From: Candidatus Poribacteria bacterium
GTDB lineage: Bacteria; Poribacteria; WGA-4E; WGA-3G
Assembly: GCA_022825665.1 (NCBI GenBank)
Contig: JAJDWI010000112.1
Span: 172-64,171, forward strand
DNA length: 64,000 bases
Direction of reading: 5' to 3'
Part shown: piece after piece, positions 47,834 to 58,016 of the stretch
How positions within the stretch are numbered: the first letter of the stretch is position 1
Layout: the number at the start of each line of letters is the position of its first letter
Translations under genes and position numbers: made by a program
Notes under the pieces: model-generated
Databases searched by the model: none
What the model was told of the DNA's origin: nothing
Seen by the model: only the letters and a program-made list of their open reading frames with translations

Positions 47834-48103
47834 GGTGATATTCGTCCCTAATTTATTCAGTTTGGCTGTAATTCTGAAACTCATTCTGTGAGAATACGAT
47901 ATAATCTCTGTAAGATTATAATTTAATTCTTGATAATTTATTTATAATTATGGTATTATTAGAAATAAGGTTGTGTAGTACACGAATCTGAAGAGTGACC
48001 AACTCAGTTGAAAGGATTTCAGTTCTAAAGCCTAACAATATAGATTTGAAACTCTTCTTTAATTTTTTATTCTCGAATAATATATTATAGGGAAGGAACA
48101 ATA

Positions 48104-48670
48104 ATGCTAAAATATCAGATAACCCTAATTTTAATCTTAATCGGATGTATTGCTTTTGTGGCTTGTGAACGTGCACAAGAAGCATTAATGCCTGTTATGC
48201 CAGATCCGGAACCGGAAATGATGCTTGATTACTCGTCATGGGAACATGTTGTTCTCGAAAATGCAGTTGGAACAGGTGCAACGGCTCACGCTGGGGGATC
48301 CCGTACTGTCTATTTTAATGAAGCCGCTGCCCTGGCAAACAAGGCTGAAGGCACAAAAATGTACCCTATTGGTTCCATGATTTACAAGGAAGTCATGAAT
48401 GCTGACAACACTATGGTAACTCAGCTCGTTTCAATGATGAAATCAGACGACCCGATGTACGCTGATCATGGTGGTTGGGTCTATGGTGTAGGTGGTGACG
48501 AAGTCAGTACAGAAGTAGCAGCACATTGCGATAGTTGCCATGTAAAAGCCGGCGAAGGTATGAATGATTACGTCTTCGTATCGCTCATGAAAGCTGATGA
48601 CAGCATGAACGGCGATGATACCGGCATGAACGGCGATGATACCAATGGTGGCAACGGAAACGGTTCCTAA
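48104..48670 (+). CDS. cytochrome P460-like c-type haem lipoprotein
   Basis: Lipobox-like LILIGCIAFVAC. Single CXXCH (HCDSCH). P460-like blocks (RTVYFNEAA, YPIGSMIYKEV, GGWVYG). The C-terminal tail has a 21-nt tandem repeat (MNGDDTG/MNGDDTN). Confidence 0.65.
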   Translation: MLKYQITLILILIGCIAFVACERAQEALMPVMPDPEPEMMLDYSSWEHVVLENAVGTGATAHAGGSRTVYFNEAAALANKAEGTKMYPIGSMIYKEVMNADNTMVTQLVSMMKSDDPMYADHGGWVYGVGGDEVSTEVAAHCDSCHVKAGEGMNDYVFVSLMKADDSMNGDDTGMNGDDTNGGNGNGS

Positions 48671-48691
48671 AACATACCACATTAATTAAAA

Positions 48692-48740
48692 AAACGGATT
48701 GGCAGATCTTTAGGTTGTTGTCAGTCCGTTTTCTTTTTTT
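48692..48740 (+). terminator. rho-independent terminator
   Basis: Stem aaacggattggca (48692-48704) pairs with tgtcagtccgttt (48718-48730), with two G-U pairs. It is followed by ttcttttttt. Confidence 0.7.
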
Positions 48741-48755
48741 AAATACCTGCCTTTG

Positions 48756-48893
48756 TGTTCTGAACCAGGATGGACAAGATTATAGGATTTTCAGGATTTG
48801 GAAATTTGCAAAATCAACGTGATTCGTAATCGTCTATATTTTTGTTGACCTCAATAAATAATCCTGGTAATCCAGTTAACTCTGGTACAGACA
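48756..48893. repeat. MITE-like element of the ctgaaccagg...cctggttcagaca family
   Basis: tgttctgaaccaggatggacaagattataggattttcaggat ... aatcctggtaatccagttaactctggtacagaca. Confidence 0.7.
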
Positions 48894-48904
48894 ACACAAT
48901 GAAA

Positions 48905-48938
48905 ATAAAAAAACCGTGTAACAGATACACGGCTTTTT
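48905..48938 (-). terminator. rho-independent terminator for the minus-strand lipoprotein gene (A-tract/T-tract, possibly bidirectional)
   Basis: Stem ccgtgta (48914-48920) pairs with tacacgg (48926-48932). On the minus strand it is followed by ttttttttatttt. Confidence 0.65.
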
Positions 48939-48966
48939 CAATTCTCATTACGATATTTATTTACGG

Positions 48967-49893
48967 TTATTTATCGCCCCAAGCAGGACCACGCTTAATC
49001 CATAAACGTTGTCCAACACTTAGTCTCGTCCGATCAAAGATATAATCGTCCTGATTCCCTGCGACTAACCGTGTCCACTTTTCGGCATCGTCATAAATCT
49101 CAGGACGTGCAGCGATGTGTTTCAGTGCTGCTTCGCCATTTGCTTCCTCAATATCTTCTTCTCTGACAACATATCTGTCAACCGGTTCAGGACTGGTTAC
49201 ACTGAAACTAAAAGTGTGTGAAGAAGAGAGAGAGTTCCCTGCCATATCAGTAGCACCCGAGACGGTGGCAGTATAAATGCGTCCAGCGCGCATTGGCATA
49301 TCTGAAGTAAACGTTACTGAATCTCCGCTTCCGCTTACTGTGCCGGAAATCATAGCAGCTGCGGGTTCGCTCATAGAATCTTCAGTTTTAGCGACTGCGA
49401 CCTCAATTGAGACACTATTGGCATCAACTGCTTCGCTGAAGGTCACTGAAAGACTATCCCTGACATTCAAAGAATTTTCATACTCAGAGATAACTGTACC
49501 GTCAGTAGGATCGGTTAGGGTTACAGTCGGTGGTGTTGCATCCTTATAGGTAAACTTCTGGGTGAGTGTTACAGGTGCATCGGGTTTTCCTTTATTGGTA
49601 ATGACAACATCCACTGATTGTCCTGCTGTGCCAGCAGGTGTTACCACAGTAATTTCTGTTTTACTTGGGACAGTTGCATTTTGCCCTTCTTTTCCACCGA
49701 AGGTAACGGTCACACCGTTTTTCATATCAAATTTTTCGCCGGTAATACGGACAGAGGTGCCACCAGTCTCTGGACCTTCAGTTGGGGTCATTCCTGACGG
49801 GACAGGTTCCGGATTACAGCCTCCGCATCCTACCATCCACACACAGATAAATGCGAAGATAGCATGTATCGCTATATTTCTGTGTTTTTTCAT
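48967..49893 (-). CDS. lipoprotein with IPT/TIG-like and Ig-like (SbsA-type) domains and a LysM-like C-terminus
   Basis: Lipobox MVGCGGC. GGTSVRITGEKF...VTFGG. DATPPTVTLTDP...FSEAVD...TATVSGATDMAGN. The C-terminal part looks LysM-like (my reading). Confidence 0.6.
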   Translation of the reverse strand: MKKHRNIAIHAIFAFICVWMVGCGGCNPEPVPSGMTPTEGPETGGTSVRITGEKFDMKNGVTVTFGGKEGQNATVPSKTEITVVTPAGTAGQSVDVVITNKGKPDAPVTLTQKFTYKDATPPTVTLTDPTDGTVISEYENSLNVRDSLSVTFSEAVDANSVSIEVAVAKTEDSMSEPAAAMISGTVSGSGDSVTFTSDMPMRAGRIYTATVSGATDMAGNSLSSSHTFSFSVTSPEPVDRYVVREEDIEEANGEAALKHIAARPEIYDDAEKWTRLVAGNQDDYIFDRTRLSVGQRLWIKRGPAWGDK

Positions 49894-50057
49894 GTATCGT
49901 ATCTCCTTATCATCACGAACGGTTTTTGTCTGTCTAAACTAAAAATAATTTCCTGCAACCTTGGACGTCACATTCCGATTTGTCATTTTGGCTGACTACG
50001 TTCTAAATTCCTTATTTTTAAAATTATACATGCAAATCGTTGTTGTTGTCAACTTTT

Positions 50058-50909
50058 TTATTCTCCACGCCAAGTTGTCCGTTTTAACGGGTCGTGCACT
50101 TCAACGACTAACGCTGGACCGAAACCTTCTACTGCTAACCGCACCGTATCTCCGTCACCAACCGCTGTGAGTGCTTCATGATGTGTGCCTGTAGAAACAA
50201 CATCTCCCGGTTCCAGTGTCAGTACATTGGTAACCTCAGCGAGTAATTCTGGGACAAATCGCGCCATTGAATTGGTAGAGAAATCGTGTTGTAAGCCATC
50301 GTTGATCCATAGTTGTACACCGAGTGCATTAGGATCTTCAACTTCATCAGCGGTGACGAGTACAGGTCCCATCGGCGCGAAAGTGTGCCAACTTTTCCCT
50401 AAAAAGAACCCTCCCGGTAAACCGCGTGCTGAAACATCTATAAATTGTGTGTACCCGAACACACAATCAAGTGCGTTTTCCTCTGTGAGATGTTTCGCTG
50501 TTTTCCCTATAACAATCGCTAACTCCGGTTCAAAATGGAAAACAGTTACATCTGCTTCTGGAAGTTCGACAGTCTCTTTTGTAGAAATAACACCGGTCGG
50601 TGATTTAAGGAAGGCATTAAAATCACCGCGGGAAGGACTGTCTGGTTCAATGTAGTTTCCTGCGAGACAAACCAGTTGTCCAGGGCGTGGTAGTGGGGGT
50701 TTAAAACTGACTTTGTCTAATGCGATTGGGGTACCATGATCAGCTGCATCTGTTATTGTTGGACGCAGATTATCGAAATCCTCAATCACCATCTGAATCA
50801 GTTCTTGTGGTGTGTGATAAGATATATCACTTAGTGCATCGCTGATGTCAACGATATTATTATCTGATATCACACCGAGTCTGTCATCATCAAAGAATGC
50901 AAGTTTCAT
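50058..50909 (-). CDS. fumarylacetoacetate hydrolase (FAH) family protein
   Basis: 283 aa with an FAH C-terminal domain pattern (ELAIVIGK, GYTQFIDVSAR, KSW.TFAPMGP, GDVVSTGT). Confidence 0.8.
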   Translation of the reverse strand: MKLAFFDDDRLGVISDNNIVDISDALSDISYHTPQELIQMVIEDFDNLRPTITDAADHGTPIALDKVSFKPPLPRPGQLVCLAGNYIEPDSPSRGDFNAFLKSPTGVISTKETVELPEADVTVFHFEPELAIVIGKTAKHLTEENALDCVFGYTQFIDVSARGLPGGFFLGKSWHTFAPMGPVLVTADEVEDPNALGVQLWINDGLQHDFSTNSMARFVPELLAEVTNVLTLEPGDVVSTGTHHEALTAVGDGDTVRLAVEGFGPALVVEVHDPLKRTTWRGE

Positions 50910-50965
50910 TCAGTTCATTACTCCTATGTTTAGTTATTGTGGTGAAGTTATCTATACAAAACTGG

Positions 50966-52069
50966 TTATGAAAGGGCAAGCGGGTGGCTCCGTTCATCTA
51001 AAGGGAGATATGCTTTTTTCCCAGAAAAATGAGACACATAAGTTGCGCTTACACACTCAAGAGACGTAAGTGCGTTGTGTCCACCAAGTTCTGGTTGATT
51101 GCGATTTAGAATTGCGTCTCTCATGTTTTTAGCACTCCAGATAGTATGTCGAGATTTCCATTCCTTACCAGAGATTATAAACGCTGATGTATCAAGTTCT
51201 ATCTGTTCCCAGGAGGGTGTATGTGCTGCAAACGTAACATCAAATGGACAGTACCACATCTCATCTATACCTGTGTTTGGGTTCGGTTTTATCATCAATT
51301 GCCCCTCAGATCCAAGGAGGTGCGGTCCCATCATCCATCCGTGTCTCTGTTCTCGTTTGTAAAGTTCCATAATTCCATAAGTGCCTCTTGAACTACCGAT
51401 ATGGATTAACATCGTATCTCCTGCTACGATACCGTTGTCACGTCGATCAGTTTTACACAATTCGCTGCTGTGCATGATATCTGCGTCTGTCACATCTTGT
51501 CCTTGATAGGTAATATGCGCCTGTATCCAAGAGATACCATCTAAGAAGAAATCCATTTCGTCAAAGTAGTGAACACCCATCTCCATCAGTTCAAAACCTG
51601 CTTCGCGCCCCTTACCTACCTCACGAATTGATCGGAGTTCGCCAATTTTCCCTGCATCAACTAATGATTTTGCGTGTCGAAACATCGGAGTGAAACGGAA
51701 TTGATGGCTTACTGCCAAGTGGACATCTGCTTTGTTACATGCAGCAAGCATCTGGTCAGCTGTCTCTAAATCAACTGACAGTGGCTTTTCACATAAAACA
51801 TGGATACCGGCTTTTGCAGCTGCAATAGTAATCGGGGCATGTAAAGGGGCATGCGTACATACACTTACAAGGTCAAGTGTTTCGCGTGCAAACATCTCCT
51901 CGTAGTCATTATATCGGTTTGAAACACCGTATTCATCGGCACGGTTATTGAGGGCATCATTATTTATGTCACACATTGCAACAAGGACAACGTCTGCTAA
52001 ACCATCATAAGCGGCGGCGTGGCTCCGGCTAATGCCACCACATCCGACAATCCCCGCACGTAAGGACAT
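50966..52069 (-). CDS. Gfo/Idh/MocA family oxidoreductase
   Basis: RAGIVGCGGISRSHAAAY and the EKP motif (VLCEKPLS). Confidence 0.85.
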   Translation of the reverse strand: MSLRAGIVGCGGISRSHAAAYDGLADVVLVAMCDINNDALNNRADEYGVSNRYNDYEEMFARETLDLVSVCTHAPLHAPITIAAAKAGIHVLCEKPLSVDLETADQMLAACNKADVHLAVSHQFRFTPMFRHAKSLVDAGKIGELRSIREVGKGREAGFELMEMGVHYFDEMDFFLDGISWIQAHITYQGQDVTDADIMHSSELCKTDRRDNGIVAGDTMLIHIGSSRGTYGIMELYKREQRHGWMMGPHLLGSEGQLMIKPNPNTGIDEMWYCPFDVTFAAHTPSWEQIELDTSAFIISGKEWKSRHTIWSAKNMRDAILNRNQPELGGHNALTSLECVSATYVSHFSGKKAYLPLDERSHPLALS

Positions 52070-52100
52070 TAGTTATCTCCGATTCCAAATTAAGAGACAG

Positions 52101-53120
52101 TTAGTCCATCTTACCTCTATGCATCTCTAACAATGCTTGCCATTGTGCTTCGTCTACAAGGACACCCTTTTCAAGACTCTCTTGCCGTATGCGCATCATA
52201 CCTTCTCCCGGATATCGCACTTTTTCATTTTCATCTAAGGGCACAGCAGTATGAAAATCGTTGATAATCTCATCTACGGTTTCTTTCAAAACCGCTTGTC
52301 CCATCATACCGGTAACATTAATAGCGATGTAGACTTGAGAAACAGCATATTCTGATTTCTGCTTTCCAATCTGATGTGTCGCTTGTCCACCTGAAATCAC
52401 AGCAGCCATTGTGTCAAGTACCAATGCCAATCCTGAGCCTTTCCAGTAACCGATTGGAAGTGCTCGCTGCGAATTGAGAATCTCTGAGGGTTCAACCGTT
52501 AGTTCACCCTTAGTATCATACCCACCCGGTAGCGGGAGTTGTTTGCCTTGTAGCTTGAGCACTTCTAATTTTCCGTTTGAATATTGACTCATCGCCATAT
52601 CCAGTAGAATGTGACCATCAACACGTGGTACGGCAATTGCCAAAGGGTTATTACCTATCTTTTTCTCAGCGGAACCCCACGGTGGCATGAGTTTAGTGGT
52701 ATTTGTCCAACAGATACCGATGTAACCTGCTTCTGCTGCTTGTAATGCGTAAGCACCACCACGCATCCAGTGGTTCGTGTTTGAAAGTCCAATACAACCG
52801 ATGCTGTGCGTTTGTGCAAGTTCCATTGCGCGTTGCATACAGATATAAGCATTGACAAGTCCCACACCCATCTTGCCATCCCACCGTTCTAATGCACCAA
52901 AATCCTTAATTTTCTCAGGTTCTGCACGGAAGTTAATCTGTTTACTTGTTAAACCTGAGACAAATCCAGGAAAACGGTTGAGTCCGTGTGAGTAGACACC
53001 GTCCCGTTGATTCTCGGAAAATAGTTTTGCACACAATTTTGCGCGATCACCGTCAAAACCTACAGATGTAAGCACACGATAAAATTCATCAGATAATGCT
53101 TGAAAAGGCACACGTATCAT
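52101..53120 (-). CDS. dlgD: Ldh_2 family dehydrogenase, 3-dehydro-L-gulonate 2-dehydrogenase (YiaK/DlgD)-like
   Basis: Long collinear similarity to E. coli YiaK as recalled (GVYSHG.NRFP, NHWMRGG, GYIGICWTN, MPPWG, GYWKGSG). Confidence 0.7.
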   Translation of the reverse strand: MIRVPFQALSDEFYRVLTSVGFDGDRAKLCAKLFSENQRDGVYSHGLNRFPGFVSGLTSKQINFRAEPEKIKDFGALERWDGKMGVGLVNAYICMQRAMELAQTHSIGCIGLSNTNHWMRGGAYALQAAEAGYIGICWTNTTKLMPPWGSAEKKIGNNPLAIAVPRVDGHILLDMAMSQYSNGKLEVLKLQGKQLPLPGGYDTKGELTVEPSEILNSQRALPIGYWKGSGLALVLDTMAAVISGGQATHQIGKQKSEYAVSQVYIAINVTGMMGQAVLKETVDEIINDFHTAVPLDENEKVRYPGEGMMRIRQESLEKGVLVDEAQWQALLEMHRGKMD

Positions 53121-53165
53121 GCAGTTTTCCTTAAACGTTTTGTTCAGTATTATTATGACTTAGGA

Positions 53166-54023
53166 TTACCACATTTCAAGCCATTCTGCAAGGGTAGTCA
53201 AGGGTTGCGTTTCGCTACGGATAACCCACTTAAAATCTGGGTCTTTCCAATAAATTGTACCCGGACTATCACCGTCACGTAGATAACGGATGTCAATTGC
53301 CCATCGCACAATTCTGCTCGTTGTGTGCGGTAAGGATCGGTGTAGGGTAAGATTGTGGAACACCAAGGCATCACCTACTTCCATAGGACAAGTTATGATA
53401 CGAGAATCCTCTATCAGTTCGTCCATCACCTCAAGAAACTTGCCTTCCCGATTTTCAGTGTGATGGTCAACAACTCCTAACCGATGCGAACCTGCAACGA
53501 CCTGTAAACATCCGTTGGTTTCGTCCACAGGCACGAGTGGAATCCAAGCGGTTGGTATAAGTGATTCTTCACTGACTTTACCGAAATAACCGCTATCTTG
53601 GTGCCATGGAACAACGGTTAACTGTTGACCGGGAAGTTTGGGACGAGCATTAAATACGGGATGTCCAATAACATCGGTTCCTGTGAGTTGACCAATTGCA
53701 TCTACGAGACGTGCAGCGTAGTGCAAATCGAAAATTTCAGCGGTTGCAATTTGTCCACGCCACGACCGCCCAAAGCGGTTGGCATGCTCTTTAGCAACTT
53801 GTGCCAGACGCGTTTCGAACGGTAGTTCTGTTCCTTCATCTTCAACGATTCCCTGCTCTTTCAGTTGGCGAATAATACCATCAACAACGCGCGCAAAACT
53901 GTCGCGCACACCATTGATAGTAGCCTTTGGAACAACGTCCTTCAGCAGTAGATAGCCATCGTTTTCCCATTGTTCCATCTGTTCAGGAGAAAGTGGAGTT
54001 GGTCGCTTTTTATCGGTTGTCAT
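53166..54023 (-). CDS. phytanoyl-CoA dioxygenase (PhyH) family oxygenase
   Basis: WENDGYLLL, HxD (WHQDSGY), and distal His blocks (GSHRLG, LHRS). Confidence 0.8.
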   Translation of the reverse strand: MTTDKKRPTPLSPEQMEQWENDGYLLLKDVVPKATINGVRDSFARVVDGIIRQLKEQGIVEDEGTELPFETRLAQVAKEHANRFGRSWRGQIATAEIFDLHYAARLVDAIGQLTGTDVIGHPVFNARPKLPGQQLTVVPWHQDSGYFGKVSEESLIPTAWIPLVPVDETNGCLQVVAGSHRLGVVDHHTENREGKFLEVMDELIEDSRIITCPMEVGDALVFHNLTLHRSLPHTTSRIVRWAIDIRYLRDGDSPGTIYWKDPDFKWVIRSETQPLTTLAEWLEMW

Positions 54024-54063
54024 ATTTTCTTACTTCCATATTAACATTTTCTATGCTGATGAT

Positions 54064-54297
54064 TTATCTATGTGTTTCCATATATGCCCTGAGCACTGCA
54101 TTTATCCGGATGTGGTAATCTTGTCCCTGTCTTTTGAACCATTCTAAAACCTCAGGTTCAATTTGAAGGAGATTTTCGGGGAGAATCTGATCCGCATTTT
54201 CCCAAAAGCCATCATCAAGTTCCGGAATTTCTGATGTGCCAATAGCGTCTTCAGGGAGACTCTCAATTTCAGAGAGTCGCGTCTTTGATAGCTGCAT
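54064..54297 (-). CDS. BrnA-like (DUF4415) antitoxin-type protein, no BrnT partner
   Basis: DDGFWENA...EVLEWFKRQGQDYHIRINAVLRAYMETH matches the BrnA/DUF4415 pattern from memory. The start is probably MQLSK at 54297. The track extension to 54345 runs into the IS remnant. Confidence 0.6.
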   Translation of the reverse strand: MQLSKTRLSEIESLPEDAIGTSEIPELDDGFWENADQILPENLLQIEPEVLEWFKRQGQDYHIRINAVLRAYMETHR

Positions 54298-54345
54298 TGT
54301 ATCTTCTCCTTTCCTTAGAAGTGGCTTTTCTTGCTGATTTGACAT

Positions 54346-54760
54346 ACTCCCCCTGCTAAAGCGTGGGGATTCTTAGCCCCTCACACAGGGTAGATCGTGG
54401 GATCAATGACCTTTGCTTTCAAAGAAAGTCTGACAAAGCCTACTCCAACAGTTGATGCCCCAACTGCACCTCCAAAGGAGGTCGGACGAACGATTAGTAC
54501 ACGTGATTTAGATGGGATGAGCTGTTACGCTGCTTTCCCTGAAGGTGCAATAGATGTTACAAAGAACTTTAGCAGTCTTGAATCGCAAGGCTTTACGTGA
54601 TTGTTTCACTGCTTAACTGTCTACCACAACATCAATCACAACCAATGCCGGCTGCTACGAACAGACTAACAGACTTGGCGTTTTCTGTCAAGAAAAATGC
54701 TAAAGCAGGCATCACATCCCCGCCTTAAAAGACGGGGTTGAACGCCTAAAGCGAGTATGA
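54346..54760 (-). mobile_element. tnpB: second decayed IS200/IS605-type tnpB 3' remnant(s)
   Basis: The minus strand reads ...GAVGASTVGVGFVRLSLKAKVIDPTIYPV* (stop 54381-54383) plus the tail ggggctaagaatccccacgctttagcagggggagtatg, homologous to 42500-42600. Fragments VVVD and a further tail-like hairpin ccccgcc...gacgggg lie at ~54718-54740. Confidence 0.5.
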
Positions 54761-54981
54761 TAATTCGATGCTTTCCATCCCGTTTTACTCTCGTCCCACT
54801 CGAATTCCATAATATCGTATTGATTTATTTTTAATAAGACTTCACATTTATTGTATCACTTTTAAGTAAAATTGACTATTATTTTTCAAGTATACATTTT
54901 GTTGTGCTGACAAATATTCCTTATACCGTTGACATTTTACCTCAAAATTGATACCCTACACATATCAAAGGAGGAAACATC

Positions 54982-56355
54982 ATGGCAACTTTGACGCAAA
55001 CTGAAAACCGTATTAGACCCCTCTATATTGATGGATACACCCACCAGTTGAGTTACGCACCCGGTGAAGAGATTGCATTTCACGTCTCAACCAGTGCTGG
55101 AAACCACTCCCTTGAAATTGCGCGTATCGGTGCGGAACGCGAAGTAGTATTCAACGAATCTGGACTACCCGGGAAGGCACAACCCGTTCCCGTAAATGCT
55201 TCATCCCACGGATGTGGGTGGGAAGCTACCTATACGTTTGAAGTGCCAGATACATGGCAGAGCGGATATTATGAAGGCATTCTCCGCGCATTAGATGGTG
55301 GTGGTGACCCCATTTATAGAAACCATCGCACTGCAGAAAGTTCTTTACACTTTATTGTGCGTCCAACAGAACCGGGAGCAAAAACTCCGATGCTGTTTCA
55401 ACTCTCTACCAACACATATAACGCCTATACCAACTGGGGTGGGTTTAGTCTTTACGGGTATCACGGACAGAATGGTATGCAAGGACGACGTGTTTCATTT
55501 GACCGACCTATTGGGAGCCAGTATAGGACGTGGGAGTTACCTTTTGTTGTCTGGGCAGAACAGAATGGATATACACTTGATTATGCTGCAAATAGCGACC
55601 TTGAATTCCGTCCTGAAATGTTGGAAAATTACAAACTGGTATTGAGCCTTGGGCACGACGAATACTGGTCTGCACCAATGCGCGACAATCTTGAGAAATT
55701 CATTGCTGATGGCGGAAATGTTGCCTTCTTTAGCGGTAATGCTGTGTGTTGGCAAGTGCGTTCTGAAGACGATGGACGCGCCCTCGTCTGTTGGAAGCAA
55801 AGCTACAATCAAGACCCTGTTTACAAAACAGATGATCACAGCACACTGAGTACATTGTGGAGCCACCATCTGGTAAAACGTCCTGAAAACGAACTGACCG
55901 GTGTCGGTTTCCTTCAAGGCGGTTATCATTTGAGTCACGGTCAATTTATGGATGGAGATGGCGCATATACGGCACACCGTCCAGAACATTGGGTGTTTGA
56001 AGGTACAGACTTGAAAGCAGATGACAAGTTCGGCGGGCAAAATACCGTTGTGGGCTACGAATGTGATGGATGTGAATTCACGCTTGAAGATGGCTTACCT
56101 GTGCCGACCTATAAAGATGGCACTCCTGAAGGATTTACAATTCTTGCTACTGCTCCTGTGCGTTGGCATCCGGATGATTGCGAATGGTATGAACATTGGG
56201 AACAAGGATATACAGGTGCTGCTACGATGGGTATCTACACAAAAGGCGGCACTGTCTTTACTGCTGCTACGACCGATTGGTCACACGGATTGTCAGGTGG
56301 TGATGCTGTTGTGGAACAGATTACGCATAATGTTTTGCAGCGGCTTTCGGCATGA
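54982..56355 (+). CDS. N,N-dimethylformamidase beta-subunit-like domain protein
   Basis: LFQLSTNTYNAYTNWGGFSLYGY and GHDEYWS blocks, as I recall them for the DmfA2-like family. Confidence 0.55.
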   Translation: MATLTQTENRIRPLYIDGYTHQLSYAPGEEIAFHVSTSAGNHSLEIARIGAEREVVFNESGLPGKAQPVPVNASSHGCGWEATYTFEVPDTWQSGYYEGILRALDGGGDPIYRNHRTAESSLHFIVRPTEPGAKTPMLFQLSTNTYNAYTNWGGFSLYGYHGQNGMQGRRVSFDRPIGSQYRTWELPFVVWAEQNGYTLDYAANSDLEFRPEMLENYKLVLSLGHDEYWSAPMRDNLEKFIADGGNVAFFSGNAVCWQVRSEDDGRALVCWKQSYNQDPVYKTDDHSTLSTLWSHHLVKRPENELTGVGFLQGGYHLSHGQFMDGDGAYTAHRPEHWVFEGTDLKADDKFGGQNTVVGYECDGCEFTLEDGLPVPTYKDGTPEGFTILATAPVRWHPDDCEWYEHWEQGYTGAATMGIYTKGGTVFTAATTDWSHGLSGGDAVVEQITHNVLQRLSA

Positions 56356-56390
56356 AGTAATTTCTATATAATATCTAATTTTATGACCTA

Positions 56391-56518
56391 ATACCATTTC
56401 TAAATAATAACTTCTCATTAACAAAAAACGCGTTCGTAGTCGCGCAATTCATTGCGCCTCTTATATTTGGATTAGCATTAAAGTCTCAAAATGTGGTTTT
56501 ATTTCTTAGAATTGGTAT
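56391..56518 (+). repeat. full-length ~128-nt MITE (second full copy)
   Basis: ataccatttctaaataataacttctcattaacaaa ... gcgcaattcattgcgc ... ttatttcttagaattggtat. Near-identical to 21407-21532. Confidence 0.8.
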
Positions 56519-56567
56519 AACTAAACTTTGAACTGCTTGTTCGACGTTTCCCTACATGGAGTTTTAA

Positions 56568-58016
56568 ATGGCTAATGAACGTCCAAATATCGTACTAATC
56601 ACCACTGACCAACAACGCGGCGACTGTTTGGGTATTGACCCAGACGGTCCCGACTGTCTACAGACACCGAATCTTGACTGGATTGGTCGCAGTGGAACAC
56701 ATTTTCGACGTGGATACGCAGAATGTCCAAGTTGTATTCCTGCCCGTCGCGGTCTAATGACAGGCACTGCACCTGCAGCCAACGGAATGGTTGGATATAC
56801 AGGAGCACAATGGAATCCACCACATACACTGGCAGGTGAATTGTCCGCAGCAGGTTATCAAACCGAGATGATCGGCAAACTACATCTGTCTCCACCACGT
56901 AGGCGTTACGGTTTTGATCATATTCAGCTGTCCGATGCTACCCATGGAACCGCTAACAATGACTACGTAGAGTGGTTGCAACAATACCATAGTCGTAATG
57001 ATTACGATCCAGGAATGGCACACGGTGTCTCTGCTAACGGATGGGTTGGACGACCACATCATCTTCCCGAAGAACAGATGCACACCTTCTGGTGTGTCGA
57101 CCGCGCCCTTAAATTCCTCCGAAAACGCGATCCATCAACTCCCTTTTTCCTCAACATCTCCTTTATAGACCCACACCCACCACTGACACCACCTGAACAT
57201 TATTACCAACGTTACATACAGCGGGATCTTCCACCTCCCGTTATTGGTGATTGGTCATTAAACCTTGACATTGAACAGAAAGGGCAGAATCCAAATGCGT
57301 GGGAGATTAACCTTGACAAATACGATATGCAATGTGCGCGGGCTGCCTATTACGGAATGATTAACTTTATAGACGATCAGATTGGTCGGTTACTTCAAAA
57401 CGCTGGTAGTTTAAATGACTGTCTCATAATTTTCACTTCCGACCACGGTGAAATGCTTGGTGACCATAACATGTTCCGCAAAACCTTCCCTTATGAAGCC
57501 TCTGCACGAGTGCCGTTTCTTGTACGAGCACCTCGAAGATGGGGTTATCCACAAGAAACCGTCTGTAATAGTCCTGTTGGTTTGCAGGACATCATGCCCA
57601 CAATTCTTGACGCGGCAAATATTGAGATTCCAAGCACCTGTACTGGTAAAAGCCTTCTACCCATCATGCGAGGTGATGCTGATCAGGTAAGAGAATGCCT
57701 ACATGGGGAACACTCCGGTTGCTACGATAACAAACATGGCAACCACTATGTGACCGATGGAGAACACAAATACATCTGGTATTCCCAAACGGACAGAGAA
57801 CATCTCTTCAATCTACAAGAAGATCCACACGAAACAACAGACTTAGCACTTCAGAGCGATGCTGAAACTCGGCTAACTCCATGGAGAGATCGTCTGATTG
57901 AGTTCCTACGCGACCGCCCTGAAGGCTTTACGGATGGAAAGAATCTCATTGCGGGGCAATCGCATAAAGCCTTGTTGCCTGATTATGATGCCAATGCAAC
58001 ATATCCTTATTTATAA
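56568..58016 (+). CDS. arylsulfatase (formylglycine-dependent)
   Basis: NIVLITTDQQR, the CxPxR motif (SCIPARRGLMTG), and TSDHGEMLGDH. Confidence 0.9.
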   Translation: MANERPNIVLITTDQQRGDCLGIDPDGPDCLQTPNLDWIGRSGTHFRRGYAECPSCIPARRGLMTGTAPAANGMVGYTGAQWNPPHTLAGELSAAGYQTEMIGKLHLSPPRRRYGFDHIQLSDATHGTANNDYVEWLQQYHSRNDYDPGMAHGVSANGWVGRPHHLPEEQMHTFWCVDRALKFLRKRDPSTPFFLNISFIDPHPPLTPPEHYYQRYIQRDLPPPVIGDWSLNLDIEQKGQNPNAWEINLDKYDMQCARAAYYGMINFIDDQIGRLLQNAGSLNDCLIIFTSDHGEMLGDHNMFRKTFPYEASARVPFLVRAPRRWGYPQETVCNSPVGLQDIMPTILDAANIEIPSTCTGKSLLPIMRGDADQVRECLHGEHSGCYDNKHGNHYVTDGEHKYIWYSQTDREHLFNLQEDPHETTDLALQSDAETRLTPWRDRLIEFLRDRPEGFTDGKNLIAGQSHKALLPDYDANATYPYL

